The notes: generated from the sequence alone by a model not told the origin. A stretch of 64,000 nt of DNA from Eledone cirrhosa (GCA_964016885.1 OZ024740.1:266352001-266416000), one strand, 5' to 3'. Positions 15,831 to 31,431 are shown, numbered from the stretch's first letter. Made by a program: numbers and translations.

Positions 15831-16386
15831 ACAATAGAAATTCAATAAATATCCAGTATTATTGAGGAGCTGGCGAAGAAAAGCATGAATATTGTCCGAG
15901 CAAAGAAAATACGATAAAAACAAGTTGCATGTATATGTGTGTGTGTGTGTGCGCGCGCAACTGTGTGAGTGCGCGTGCGTGTGTATGTTATGTGGGTGTA
16001 TGTGAGTGTGTGTGCGTATGTGTGTGTGTGTATGTGTGTTTGTGTGTGTAAGTGTATCTATACGCGTATTTATGTAGATGTGTATTGTGTGTTTATAAGC
16101 ATGTGTATATATATATATATGTGTGTGTCTACAAGCTTGTGTATTTGTGAATGTGTAAGAGCGACAGGAAGGGTGGTAAAGAGTGTATGTGAGTACAGCC
16201 GCCTATGTGTATGTACATATATTACTTTAATGGCGCCTACCACAGAGCGGGAGGTTAAATCCCGTTGATCTGAATCATAGATGTGGTTATGATTTCCAAC
16301 TAGAGTTAATTCATTTTACTTTAAATGAAGAAACATCTCCGTGTAAAAATTCCAAGCATCAATAATATTGAAATTTATATTATCAT

Positions 16387-17391
16387 AGTAACCGCGGTGA
16401 GTTGTCAGGGTCGTTAGAATGTCGAACTCTCCAGAGTAACCGCGGTGAATTGTCAGGGTCGTTAGAATGTCGAACTCTCCAGAGTAACCGCGGTGAATTG
16501 TCAGGGTCGTTAGAACGTCGAACTCTCCAGAGTAACCGCGGTGAGTTGTCAGGGTCGTTAGGACGTCGAACTCTCCAGAGTAACCGCGGTGAGTTGTCAG
16601 GGTCGTTAGAATGTCGAACTCTCCAGAGTAACCGCGGTGAATTGTCAGGGTCGTTAGAATGTCGAACTCTCCAGAGTAACCGCGGTGAGTTGTCAGGGTC
16701 GTTAGAATGTCGAACTCTCCAGAGTAACCGCGGTGAATTGTCAGGGTCGTTAGAACGTCGAACTCTCCAGAGTAACCGCGGTGAATTGTCAGGGTCGTTA
16801 GAACGTCGAACTCTCCAGAGTAACCGCGGTGAATTGTCAGGGTCGTTAGAATGTCGAACTCTCCAGAGTAACCGCGGTGAATTGTCAGGGTCGTTAGAAT
16901 GTCGAACTCTCCAGAGTAACCGCGGTGAATTGTCAGGGTCGTTAGAATGTCGAACTCTCCAGAGTAACCACGGTGAGTTGTCAGGGTCGTTAGGACGTCG
17001 AACTCTCCAGAGTAACCGCGGTGAGTTGTCAGGGTCGTTAGAATGTCGAACTCTCCAGAGTAACCGCGGTGAATTGTCAGGGTCGTTAGAATGTCGAACT
17101 CTCCAGAGTAACCGCGGTGAGTTGTCAGGGTCGTTAGAATGTCGAACTCTCCAGAGTAACCGCGGTGAATTGTCAGGGTCGTTAGAACGTCGAACTCTCC
17201 AGAGTAACCGCGGTGAATTGTCAGGGTCGTTAGAACGTCGAACTCTCCAGAGTAACCGCGGTGAATTGTCAGGGTCGTTAGAACGTCGAACTCTCCAGAG
17301 TAACCGCGGTGAATTGTCAGGGTCGTTAGAACGTCGAACTCTCCAGAGTAACCGCGGTGAATTGTCAGGGTCGTTAGAACGTCGAACTCTC
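16387..17391 (+). repeat. 48-bp minisatellite, 21 units, derived from a SINE 5' head
   Basis: Unit agagtaaccgcggtgaRttgtcagggtcgttagRaYgtcgaactctcc. It runs directly into a SINE B box and core. Confidence 0.97.
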
Positions 17392-17480
17392 TGCTCTCTG
17401 AGTCCAAATCCAGCCGAGGTCAACTTTGCCTTTCATCTATTCGAGGTCGATAAAAAACGTAACAGTCTGGTACTGGGGCC
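17392..17480 (+). mobile_element. B box and central core of a family 2 SINE
   Basis: ctgagtccaaatccagccgaggtcaactttgcctttcatctattcgaggtcgataaaa. Confidence 0.8.
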
Positions 17481-17743
17481 GATTCTTCCTCTATATCTTT
17501 TTCTCACTTTTTCTCTCTCACTTTCTATCCTTCTCTGTGAGAAATCTACTGTATTCAGACCTAGAAAGTCATGGGCTCCATCAGGTTTAAAATACCCAAG
17601 AAATGGTGTATGTCAATACAGCACTCCAACCACTCCGTCAGAAGTTGCGGGACCATATCATAGCATAGATATGGATATGGATGTATATCTTATGCCCCTG
17701 AGATAAACAGGCAAAGCTACAGAGTAACAAGGATCACTGTTCA

Positions 17744-19087
<1,344 letters not shown>

Positions 19088-19155
19088 TCCTTAATGAAAT
19101 GAATAATGAAACTACTTCGGTATAGAATACTTTTTCTCTCAGCCATCAACCACAT

Positions 19156-19263
<108 letters not shown>

Positions 19264-19291
19264 ATCCATATATATATATATATATATATAT

Positions 19292-19361
<70 letters not shown>

Positions 19362-19485
19362 ATATAAATATATATATATATGGATATAAATATAGATATA
19401 TATGGATATAAATATAGATATATATGGATATAAATATATATATATATGGATATATATATATATATGGATATAAATATATATATGG

Positions 19486-19545
<60 letters not shown>

Positions 19546-19551
<6 letters not shown>

Positions 19552-20283
19552 ATACTTTGGGAGGGTCATGTTGCCAATAAGAAACACACGCACCAGTTGC
19601 TTTTACTTCAATTTAATTTATTATATATTTATAAATTTACAAATTTATAAATTTCTGGTTGGTTGGTTGGTTCCACAACCAGATAGTTGTTTATATATAT
19701 ATAGTCATAGTTCTTTCGTCACACACTCTGTGACCTCTTTAGTGACTGGGGATTTCTTTGTTCGTTTCTGTGCCTTTCCTTTCTTCTATCCTACGCCATT
19801 TTGTTTGTGTGTGGGTTGCGTGCTCAGTTTGCGCATGCGCCACATCCGGGTGTCTGTGTGTGTTTGTGTTCATTTTTCTATTTTTCTATTTATATTTTTT
19901 TGTTTGTTTGTTTGTATAAATAAACAAACAAATATAAATAGAAAAATAGAAAAATGAACACAAACACACACAGACACCCGGATGTGGCGCATGCGCAAAC
20001 TGAGCACGCAACCCACACACAAACAAAATGGCGTAGGATAGAAGAAAGGAAAGGCACAGAAACGAAGAAAGAAATCCCCAGTCACTGAAGAGGTCACAGA
20101 GTGTGTGACGAAAGAACTATGACTATATATATATAAACAACTATCTGGTTGTGGAACCAACCAACCAACCAGAAATTTATAAATTTGTAAATTTATAAAT
20201 ATATAATAAATTAAATTGAAGTGAAAGCAACTGGTGCGTGTGTTTCTTATTGGCAACATGACCCTCCCAAAGTATAACAATAT
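19546..20283. mobile_element. Fold-back palindrome of the 3' UTR of the 5212-6188 PLE family; intact hammerhead at 20080-20124 (+), mutated copy at 19703-19747 (-)
   Basis: Arms of ~355 bp are reverse complements and match ~5850-6188. Confidence 0.92.
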
Positions 20284-20335
20284 CGGTTTCAACACACGAT
20301 TTCAGATAAAGAATCTTGCTAAACAAATTCAGAAA

Positions 20336-20382
<47 letters not shown>

Positions 20383-20863
20383 TAGATATAGATATAGATA
20401 TAGATATATATACATATATACAGTTCAAGAATAAACCAATCTTAAAGGGAGAGATGGATATAGGCGAGGAGAAGAGAGATTGGTGAATTTGTTAGAAGCC
20501 AAAAGCGTAAAGACATGTGCTCAATGTGCAAAAAGCAGTGGAAGGCAGCTAGATGGCTAGATTCATGCAGAGATCGGATGCACAGAACTGGAAATATTCA
20601 TTAGTTAAGCAAAGACAAGACCACAAATTTCACAAGGAAGACATTATTTAAAGAAAGTCAACATAGTTTCAGTATATTTGAAGTTCTGAAGAGCCGCTCC
20701 ATTTTTTACCTAAGTTACTTATCTTCATCTGAACCAGATCAATAATGATCTATAATGAATTGATCCAGAAACATTATATGGAGTAGCGAAACAATTGTAA
20801 ACGGACATTATTATAATCATTATTAACATTCCTTACATTAAACTATAATTACACTCCTTATTC

Positions 20864-23800
20864 AAAAATCACCCCTCCCCCAAAAAAGTACACAGCCATA
20901 AACATGGCAAAAAAAGAACTCGAACTCATACAATATACAAAGCAGCACACAGACATCACAAAAAAAAACTACTACACCTCACCAACACCAAGATCTCTCC
21001 CGACAAACATAAGCATCATTGAAATCTCAATAGAACAGTACACACTTTTAAAACAAAAATTCCCCCACGCAGTTGGAGACTTCAGAGGGTTGGTTACCAA
21101 GAGGATATACACTGACATCCTCTTGGAAACACCCATGACCAGCCAAAGGAACGGTTCTACTGTCCCTTCACCACACGATCAAGGTAAATGACCCTTTCTC
21201 ACTTGCCCCGTTTCTCATCCAACATGGCCGTACTCAGAATAGGCAGTATAAATGCACGTGGCCTGAGGTCATCTTGGAAGCAGGGTCACCTGCTCAACGA
21301 CCTCAGGTCACTAAACATAGATGTGGTGGCCATTAGTGAGATCAGAATCTCCGAAGCACGGGTCCTTCGCACCGATCTTCGGCGGCTACGATGTATACGC
21401 ATCTCCCAGCCGTCCGGGATCGGGGGGATGGGTTGCCGTCCTTTTTCGGAGAGGCTTGGATCTCGCCATACAGGCCATCTTCCTAGATCCAGAAGGTAAG
21501 TCGGTGGTGCTGGACGTGACCGGCACCGAAGGCAACGCTTTCAGGCTAGTAGCCGTCTATGCCCCGACAGGGACAGGTCGGCCAGATTTCTTTAGACGTC
21601 TAGAGACCTTTCTTGGAACGTGCCGCTCCTTAGTGCTAGTGGGCGACTGGAACGGTATCTTGGATGCACGCTGGGATTGTGTGGGGCTAGTGGATAGATG
21701 AGGGGGGTGCAAGAGCCTCACCAACCTGCTCAGACGTTTTGAACTGTCTGACAGGTATCGACTGGATTACCCGAATGTACCAATGTGGACATGGACAAAC
21801 CGCATCGGATCATCCAGATCGTATCTCGATAGGGTATTCTGCAGGGAACTAGATAAGGCTAGTATAAGTTGTCCACAATTTAAAATAGTCGACTACACAG
21901 AACACAAATTTGTGATCAGTGAGATCGACATAGACAGACTTTATAGACAAGGACCCGGTTACTGGAAGCTGAACGCGTCTTTCCCAGCGCGCAAAGCCTA
22001 CAGAGACCGGATTAGCGTATTAGTTAAGCGGGCGTTGACGGGAGCGGTCGTCGACAACAGGTGGTGGTTCGCCCTGAAAAGGGCAATTAAAGTAGAGTCG
22101 ATTAGGTTTAGCAAAGGACTAGTGATAGAGGAAAATAGAGTAGAGGGAGAGCTAGTCAGAAAGTTAGAAGAGGCGTTTAGGACAGGCATCACAACCGACG
22201 TGCTTGCGGCGAGATTGGCACTCGACCAATTCTTCAACGCAAAACACGAAGGCTGCGTTGTCAGAGCTAGAGCGCGTGCTCTTAAACACGAGGGGACAAA
22301 AGCCGTCCAAAGGGCCCGGGTGGCAGATGTGCGACGTGGGAACAAAGCCACAATTCGGTCTTTATCTGACCAAAACGGGCGCGTGTTGCTCGAACCCAAG
22401 CAGATGTGTGAAGCTTTTCAGCAGCACTTTGCTGAACTGTTCGGGAGCATAGGCGGGCCGGATCGGGTATGGACTTCAGTGCATACCTCGACGGACTGCC
22501 TCGGCTCTCGACGACCGCAGCACAGTGTTGCGAAAAGCCAATAACAGCCGCTGAAATACGAGAAGCGGTGGCTAACTACACGAGGTGTAAATCGCCAGGT
22601 TTGGATGGTCTGCCCTACGAGCTTTATGCATTTATGCCAGACTTGTTCGGTGACCTCTTGGCAGAAGTCTACTGCAACTGGCAGCAGAACGGGAGCATTC
22701 CCAGTTTTGTGAGCCGGGGAGCAGTGGCGCTGCTGAGAAAAGACCCGAACATGGGGGATGTTATCGATAACTTCAGGCCCATAACCCTGCTAAACGCAGA
22801 GTTCAAGATTTTGGCCAAGGTGTTAGCAACGAGATTGGCGCTTGTCGTCAAGGGTCTGGTGGGGGAGGCGCAGACATGCGCCATTCCGGATAGATCAATA
22901 CACGACAACCTCCACCTCATGCGATACATCATAGAGAGGGTGGTTAAGGAACCTGGCACGGGTGGGGCCCTGATCAACTTGGATCAATCCAAAGCATTCG
23001 ATAGGGTCGACCATCGGTACCTGGCGGCGGTCGTCGAGGCAGCCGGTTTCGGGCCCGTTTTCAGGGGTTGGATCGCTGCGATGTACAGAGACATCTGCTC
23101 AGTTGTGAGGGTGAACGGTCACCTGTCGCAGCCGTTCAGCATCATGCGCTCAGTCCGCCAGGGTTGTCCTCTCTCGTCCCTCTTGTACGTATTGGCGCTC
23201 GAGCCGTTACTGCACAAACTGGGGGCGATGAGGGGAGTCCCACGCGAACTAGGATGCGGGAAATCCGAATCGGCTTACGCCGACGACGTCACCGTGGTGG
23301 TGTCGAGCACCAGACACGTCCAGATGCTCGGCACCGCTCTCAAAGAGTACGAAGCGGTGACAGGAGCAAAGATAAACCAGGAGAGGCAAGTCCATGCCGT
23401 CCGACAGCGTCGTGGGGCGTTGGACGGCCGGACCGTTTAAATTGCTTGAGGTCTGGTTCGGACCGGACCTCCAGATGGAGAAAAACTGGAGCGAGGTGAC
23501 GAGTAAGGTGGCCTCCCTCACCCAGAAATGGGCCGAGAGGAAGCTGTCCCTGAAAAGCCGGGCGGAGGTGGCGAATGCGTACATCGCATCCGTCATCTGC
23601 TACCGCTTCACCGTCGTCCCTTGCCCCGGCCCAACTCTCACCAAAATGGAGCGCCTTCTCTTCCGCTTTTTGTGGAAGGGACGCGCTCCCATGGTCAGAC
23701 GATCCATCTGCTGTCAACACCCGTTTCGTGGAGGACTGGGCATGCCATGGCTGATGATGCACAAACATGCGCTGAGGCTACGACATCTCTGGTGCTTCCT

Positions 23801-24960
23801 TGACGGTGAACAGGTGTGGTCGCCGTTCGCCAGGCACGTTTTCCCACAGCTCGTCTCCTTGACGGGGCTGCAGTCCTGGGCCAGGAAAAGACCGAGGGAT
23901 AGCGCTTGGAAACTGGATGTCTCCAGGCGCTCACTGCCCTCTGCCAGCTGGGCACCAGTATCGGTGGAACATCCACCTCAGCGTTTTATAGAGGACTAGT
24001 GGAGGGGAAGAGCGACGACGTTCTCGGAGAGATCCTGGGCGTCGAAGAAGATCAGCTGTTTGCTCTCTTCCGGAGAACTTTCAACCCAGGAACTATGGAT
24101 AACTTCCAAAAATCCCTGGCCTGGCAGTGCTACCGGGGAGCGTTGCCGGTTCGAGATAAGCTCTACAGACACGGAAGTGCCATCAGCCGAGCCTGTCTGA
24201 GATCCGCGCAGCGCGACGAAACCGTCGTGCACGCACTCATTCAGTGTCCGAGCATTGCTGACTTGTGGAGCTATGTCGAACAGTTGCTGTCGCGTGTAGG
24301 ACTGGTCCGGTTATCGACTGAGTCCATTGTGCAGATGGTCTCGCCGTCTTCCTTCGAGGAGGAAGGGCAGGCGGTTTTCATCTGCCTGGTGGCAATGGCG
24401 AAAGAGATTGTGTGGTGAACAAGGTTGAAAGGATTAAAGACAGACACTTCGTCGAATCCCTAATTAACTTTTTCAAGTTTCACTTGAAGAGGAAAATCAG
24501 AGTGGAGAGGCAAGTGCTGCCTTCTAGCAAGTTTGTTGAAAGGTGGTTGATGTAGCGAGAATGGTCCGAGTGAACGGGACCGCTTTGAATATACGCTTGT
24601 AGTTTGAGAAATTGAAAAATTGAGATATGGCGCTTGCCCTGGTGGTCAGGGTGGCCGTGGTCTTTTGTGTGGTTTTCGCCATGAGTAACCCTCGGAGGTT
24701 TCCCCCCTACTGGGAAATTTTTCATTGTTTCAATTTTCATTTTTATTGTTTATATATATATATGTTTCTATGTCTTTTTCTTTTTCTTTTCTTATATAAA
24801 TAATAAAAATATTTCCACGCACAAAACCCACATCGTACCGTCCTGTACCGCCCTGTGTCGTCTGTAATGTTTTTCTTGATGTCAGCCCTTGTGGCCAATA
24901 AAGAAATCATTAGTGTCCTTAATGTCTACTTTATGTAAACCCTTGTGGTTAATAAAGAAA
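20864..24960 (+). mobile_element. Tx1/L1-clade non-LTR retrotransposon; ORF2 pseudogene ~21224-24602 (APE, RT, C-terminal Cys/His knuckle) with several frameshifts
   Basis: SINARGL, VAVYAP, LVGDWN, SYLDR, GYWKLN, KSPGLDGLPYE, FRPITLLN, LDQSKAFDRVDH, VRQGCPLS, AYADD, ETVVHALIQCP. 3' end cccttgtggccaataaagaa. Confidence 0.93.
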
Positions 24961-25116
24961 GTATTATTATAATCACACTCCCTATTATTATTATTATTAT
25001 TCCTTACATTAAATTATAATTACACTCCTTATTCCTCACATATACTGAAACTATGTTGACTTTCTTTAAATAACGTCTTCATTGTGAAATTTGTGGTTTT
25101 GTCTTTGCTTAACTAA

Positions 25117-25551
<435 letters not shown>

Positions 25552-25814
25552 ATATATATATCTTTGCGCGTATATATATATATATATATATTTGTCTATG
25601 TGTGTGCTTACAATAGCTTATCTAAATATCTATTACATTACTGTGAATGAAATTACAGACCTGAGGATACAACATTCAGGAATATTTCTTCCCTGGAGGA
25701 CATTTCCCTTCTCCAACAGACCTTCAAAGATTAAAAGACGAAATTAGTTGTCTTTAAATTCACTAAAACCCTGTCATCTACATCTTCTCTTCTCCCTCTC
25801 TTTCTTTCTCACGT

Positions 25815-25924
<110 letters not shown>

Positions 25925-26021
25925 GATATATATAAAGAGATAGATAGATAGACAGACGGATAGATAGAGAGTTAGTGTAATGTATGAATGCATATATCCA
26001 CAAACACACACACACATATAC

Positions 26022-26058
<37 letters not shown>

Positions 26059-26936
26059 ACATACATACATATATCATATGCATATTTGCATTCATACATC
26101 TCACTAACTCTCTATCTATCTATCTACCTTTTTATCTATCCGCCTGTCTGTCTGTCTCTCCGTCTGTCTATCTGTCTATCTATCTTTTTACGCCCACGAG
26201 GAGTCGTAGCTACTTGATTATAGGCCTTTTCCGTTGCCTTCTTCTATGCCTGGAGGAATGAAAGGGCGGATACGTCTACACGCATGGCTGCAATTAACAC
26301 ATGGCTGCCACAAACACACGCACGTACGCACACACACACACACAAAACACACACACACACAAAACACACACACACACAAAACACACACACACACACGCGC
26401 GCGCGCACACACACACAAAACACACACACACACACACACACAAAATACAGACACACACACGCACGCACACATGCACATACACACACATACATGCACACAC
26501 ATTGTTGAATATGGTGGGCTAAGACAAATTCTGAAAGATATCCGCCTTAGAGAAATATCCGAAAATAACATATAAAAAAGTATTTCAAAATGTAAAAAAA
26601 GAATGATAGATAAAAAACAAAAAATAATCCAAGGAGAAAAATAGAGCTGCTTTAAGGGGTAAAAAATACAAAATTTCTAGAAAAATACCAAAAATAAAGA
26701 AAGCAAATACAGAAAGCAAGAAAATAGCAGACCAAGCTTTGCTTATTATCTATTTCTACGTGTCCTATAAGTTATAGTTAGTATTTCAGGTCAGCCGTGC
26801 CCTCTGGTGGTGTAGGTTACAACTAAACTAAACAGAGCGTCAACAAGATATGTGTGTATATGTATGCATGTATGTATGTGCATATGTATTTATGTCTGGG
26901 AGTATATTTGTGTGTGTATATATATATATATATAGA

Positions 26937-27014
26937 TAGGGTGTGCAAAAAAAATGTATGCACACTTCATCAGCATTCTAATAAAAGTGTGTATACATTT
27001 TTTGAGACACCCTA
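26937..27014. mobile_element. Tiny Tc1/mariner-type MITE remnant
   Basis: Imperfect TIRs tagggtgt..aaaaaatgtat.cacactt / aagtgtgtatacattttt..acacccta. Confidence 0.6.
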
Positions 27015-27064
27015 ATATATACAGACAGACCAGATCTAGCTAGCTAGATGGATAGATAGATATC

Positions 27065-28783
27065 TTTCTTCATTTGCCACAGGGGCGTACAAAAATGGGA
27101 CATTACAAGACGTGGGGGCGGGGGTTTTACATAAAAATACTTTAACGTTAATAAATAACAATAAACTATATATAATAAAATAACAATTGAAATCCCCAAT
27201 AGGGAGGGGGTGGGGCGCTAATGCAGGGTTGTTTTACACCCCGTGAATAGATCAACCCTCAACACAGGAAAACGTTTTGTAGGTGTTCCTGTCTTCCCTC
27301 TGTTTATCTTCCTCAACCTACAGGTTTATATACAGAGAAGACCCATTCACTCGAGTCATTTTCTCCACATTCACCCACCTTTCAGCGAATTTACTGGGGT
27401 GTAGCACCTCTCTTTCCACTCTCACCTTCCTTCTGAAGTGATACTTAAAGAAGGGGATTAGTTGTTGTCTGGAGAGAAAGGTGTTTGGCCTCAGTCCTTT
27501 TAATCTCGTCCACCACATTACCTCTTTCGCCATAGCCACCAGACAGAGAAAAACCGCCTCTCCTTCGTTCTTAAATGAAGGCGGCGGGGTGATCCTCACG
27601 ATGGACTCGGCTGACAACTGGATGCGTCCCACACGCGAAAGCAGCTGTTCGACATAATTCCACAGGTCGGTCACCCCTGGGCACTGAACAATTGCGTGCA
27701 GAACGGTTTCGATGTCCTGCTCGCATCTTGGACAGGTCCTTTTGGCAGGATCTCTGCCAGGGCGTCCGTGCTTGTAGATTTTGTCTCGAACTGGTAGAGC
27801 TCCTCGGTAGCACTGCCAGGCCAGAGACCTCTGGAAGTTATCCATAGACCCTGGATGGAAAGTCCTCCCGAACAGACTGGTCAGTTCGTCCTCCTCGATG
27901 CCTAGAGTTTCCTCGTGAACATCGCCGCACTTATCCTCCCTAATCCCCTATAGAATGTTGAAGTGGAGCCTCCGCTGATTGCCGTTTCCGCTTGGTAGAG
28001 GGCCGTGAGCGCCTGTAGGCACTCGAGGTGCCAGGCACCCATTTTCGGTCTTCGCTTGACCCAGGACTGCAGCTCTGTTAGTGAGACGAGTTGTGGAAGA
28101 GCTTGTCTCACAAACGACAGCCACACCGGTTCACCGGTGAGGAATACCTGGACATGGCGTAGCCTGAGCACGTGTTTGCGTATCATCAGCCACGGCAGGC
28201 CCAGCTCTCCGTTAGAAGGGTGTTGAGTGCAGATGGATCTCCTCACCAATGGAGCCTGTTTTTCCAGAGGAATTGAAGTGTAGGCGTTCCATTTTGGTAA
28301 GGTATTCGCGGGGACAAGGCACGACTGTCAAGCGGTAGTAGATGACGGACACTACGTAAGTGTTCGCCACCTCCGCTCGACCTTTCAAGGAGACATTGCA
28401 CTCAGCCCACATCTGGGTGAGTGCAAACACCTTCGCCGTGACCTCGTTCCAGTTCTTGTCTACCTGGAGGTCTGGACCAAACCAGACCCCGAGCAGTTTC
28501 ACCGGTCTTTCCGTCCAGCGTCCAACGACACTGTCGGGAGGCATGGGTTTGCCTCTCCATGTGCCGAGTTGCAAACCGACAGACTTGTTTGGGTTTAGTC
28601 TTGCTCCTGTCAACGTTTCGTATTCCTGTAATAGGTTGCCGATTACCCCGATTTCCGAGGTTTTCGACACCATTACGGTTATGTGGTCGGCATAGGCAGA
28701 CGCTGCTTTCCGCAGTCCTGGTTCGATCGGTATGCCCTGCAACAGCTCCAACTTCCGCAGTAACGGCTCGAGAGTCAGTACAC

Positions 28784-28784
<1 letters not shown>
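27065..28784 (-). mobile_element. 5'-truncated Tx1/L1-clade element (relative of 20864-24960) inserted in (GATA)n
   Basis: VLTLEPLLRKL..AYADH..VKLLGVWFGPDLQ..MDNFQRSLAWQCYRGALPVRD..CPRC..H..C. 3' end gcccctgtggcaaatgaagaaag. Confidence 0.9.

Positions 28785-28868
<84 letters not shown>
28785..28868. repeat. (GATA)n microsatellite
   Basis: Direct reading. Confidence 0.98.
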
Positions 28869-29164
28869 CGACGAAAGAGGGGGAAAGAATAATATAGAGA
28901 GCCTTACTGCCTGAATATGGCGAGTGACAAACATCTTCAATTAACTGAGATTGTCTTTAGGTGTGTTCGGGTCCTAAGAAGCAACAAGGGAAAGAAATCG
29001 TATAGACTGAGATGATCAAGATTTTGGGGACAACTTAAACAATGCAGTGGTTGTAGATCTTTAAGACAATGCTGTGGTCAAAAGTTCTACTTGGTGAAAG
29101 CAATGGAGATGTTTCCATCTTATTAGATCACCTCAACGAAGCATAGTCACATAGCAAATCAAAT

Positions 29165-29195
<31 letters not shown>

Positions 29196-29218
29196 TTATA
29201 CAAATATATATATATATA

Positions 29219-30838
29219 ATGGACTCTCCCATTGATTCGACTTATGTTCAACAGATTCAACAGGTTCAACAGCCTTTTCAGTTCATGTTTTTATGTTTAT
29301 GCCTCAAATGGCACTTCAATCCAGCTGTGAGTGCGGTAAAGTGTCCATGACTCTGAGCCATATAAGAGTGTTGTCAGTATTACTGCACGATAAACTGCAA
29401 CTTCTGGCATTCCATGCGCGATGATGTAGTTTGCCAAAAGCATCAGTTGCCTTGGAGATGCAATTAACAATCTCATCATCCAGGGATGCAGAGTGGTTCA
29501 TCTTGCTGCCAAGATAAGTAAATGAGATCACATATTTCAGATCTTTACCATCAATAGTGATGGGTACAAGAGGATGCTTTTGATCTGACCGCATCTGTTT
29601 AACGCCTCCTGCATGCCTGGGGGATGACTTTGATTAATGTCCCACCACAGCCTTTTGAAGCTGATTGTTAGACCAAACCTCTTACAGGCAGCGAAAAGCG
29701 GTTTATCAATTCCTGTGCTTCTTTGAGAGATGTTGCAAAAAGTGCAGCAGCAGCAGCAAACAGTAAATTGCGAATGATACTTATTCGTGTGAGTGTTTTA
29801 GCCTTAAAACGCTGATGGTTGAATAGCCCACCCGATGTACGGCACTCAAATCTGAAACCACTGTCCAAATCGCCAAGTGTATACTGGAGCATTACAGAAA
29901 AGAACAAAGTAAAGAAGACAGGAGCCATGACACAACTCTGTTTCGCACCATTTGTAACAGCTAAGGGTTCAGAGCATTCACCACCTGACATAACTGATTC
30001 ACCCGTGCCCTCATAGAAGTATAGATGATATTTAGCATATTATCAGATATGCCAAGCTTTTTCGGGATTTTCCAAAGAGCTTTGCGATTGACAATGTCAA
30101 AGGTCTTAGTCAGGTCAACAAAAACCATAAACAACTCTTCATTCCTTTCACGAACCTTCTCTGCAAACTTGCGAAGAGAAAAAATCATGTCAATAGTACC
30201 CCAACTAGAGCGGAAACCACATTGATTTTCAGGGTAGATATTGTCAAGAAGTCTGGATGTAATTCTGTTGAGAATGACACGGGATAGTATCTTACCACCA
30301 ATACAAAGAAGGGAGATGCCGCGAGAGTTGCCGCGAGAGTTGTTGCAGATAGACTTTTTTACCTTCGTTTTTAAACAGGTGGATTATCGATGCATTTCTG
30401 AAGTCCCGAGGACGCTCCCAACTTTCCAGATCTCTAGAAATAGCTGAATAAGCCTAGGAACCAGTTTTTTTACCACCATATTTGAAGATTTCAGGTGGGA
30501 TGCCATCTTTACCAGGAGCCTTCTTGGATGATATATGCCTGATATCATCAAGTTTTTTCATTCAAGTTTGAGTGTAATGCTTATTCAGGGATCTCCGGCC
30601 TTTGTGGAATAGATGAAATTACATCTTCATCGACCTTTGATTCTGCATTAAGGACCTTCTCAAAATGTTCCTTCCAGTGAGTGAAAATCTCAGCTTTGTC
30701 CGTGTATATGGTTGTTCCTTCAGAGGAAAGCAATAGATTTGACCTGCCCTCTCTCGGACCATACACTGCCTTGAGACCATTATAAAAGGCTCGTGAGTCA
30801 TTTTTATCGGCAGCTTCTTGTAGTTTGGCTGCTTTGAC
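29219..30838 (-). mobile_element. Degraded RTE (BovB-like) LINE, RT remnant
   Basis: LQEAADKNDSRAFYNGLKAVYGP, MIFSLR..FVDLTKTFD, GAKQSCVMAP, FTYLGS, LLYGSESWT. Confidence 0.88.
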
Positions 30839-31101
30839 GTAATAAACCCAAAAATTTAAGGTATCTCTGTAATTGTGATAAATGGCATAAATTAAAAGAT
30901 ACGATGAATTTCTCACTTACGAGAAGACAGTATATGTCCATTAGGGAACTTTAGCTGGTGTTGTTGGAATTGTTTACAAGAACGATCTTCATAGCTATTA
31001 ATATATACAGTCTGGCTATTGGTCAGTCTATTTTTCGTGAAAGGGAGCAAAGCATTCAAAAATTATTTCGTTTGTTCCTTTTTTTGTTTTTTCTTGCTTT
31101 A

Positions 31102-31431
31102 TGAGGTTCAGCTGAAAAGTTCATAGGCTGACTATGAAGGAGTGATGCTAGAGCTGTGAAATGTTCCATGCATTCATTTCAACTCTTCTTATTAATAACT
31201 GCATTGCTTCTTTTCAAGGACTATGTTTAAAAATAAACCTTATTTGGTCATTCCAAGAGAATATGTTGGGCAGCCAATGAAGAAGCGATGCTAGAGCTAT
31301 GAAATCGTGCATGCATTAATTTCAACTCTTGTTATTAATTTATTTCCAGGGACTGTGTTGAAAAATAAACCTCATTTGGTCATTCCAAGAGAGTATCTTG
31401 GTCAACCTATGAACTATTTAGCTGATCCTCG
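31102..31431. mobile_element. mariner-type MITE with TA target duplication and an internal ~140-bp tandem duplication
   Basis: TA-tgaggttcagctgaaaagttcatagg ... cctatgaactatttagctgatcctcg-TA. Confidence 0.8.

Noticed and set aside
16316-17706. 48-bp array as a CRISPR array or repeat protein gene
   Set aside because: There are no unique spacers and no cas genes, and the context is eukaryotic. The open frames follow from a stop-free unit whose length is a multiple of 3.
21998-24232. Antisense ORFs over LINE and PLE coding regions
   Set aside because: They are shadow frames with no recognisable motifs.
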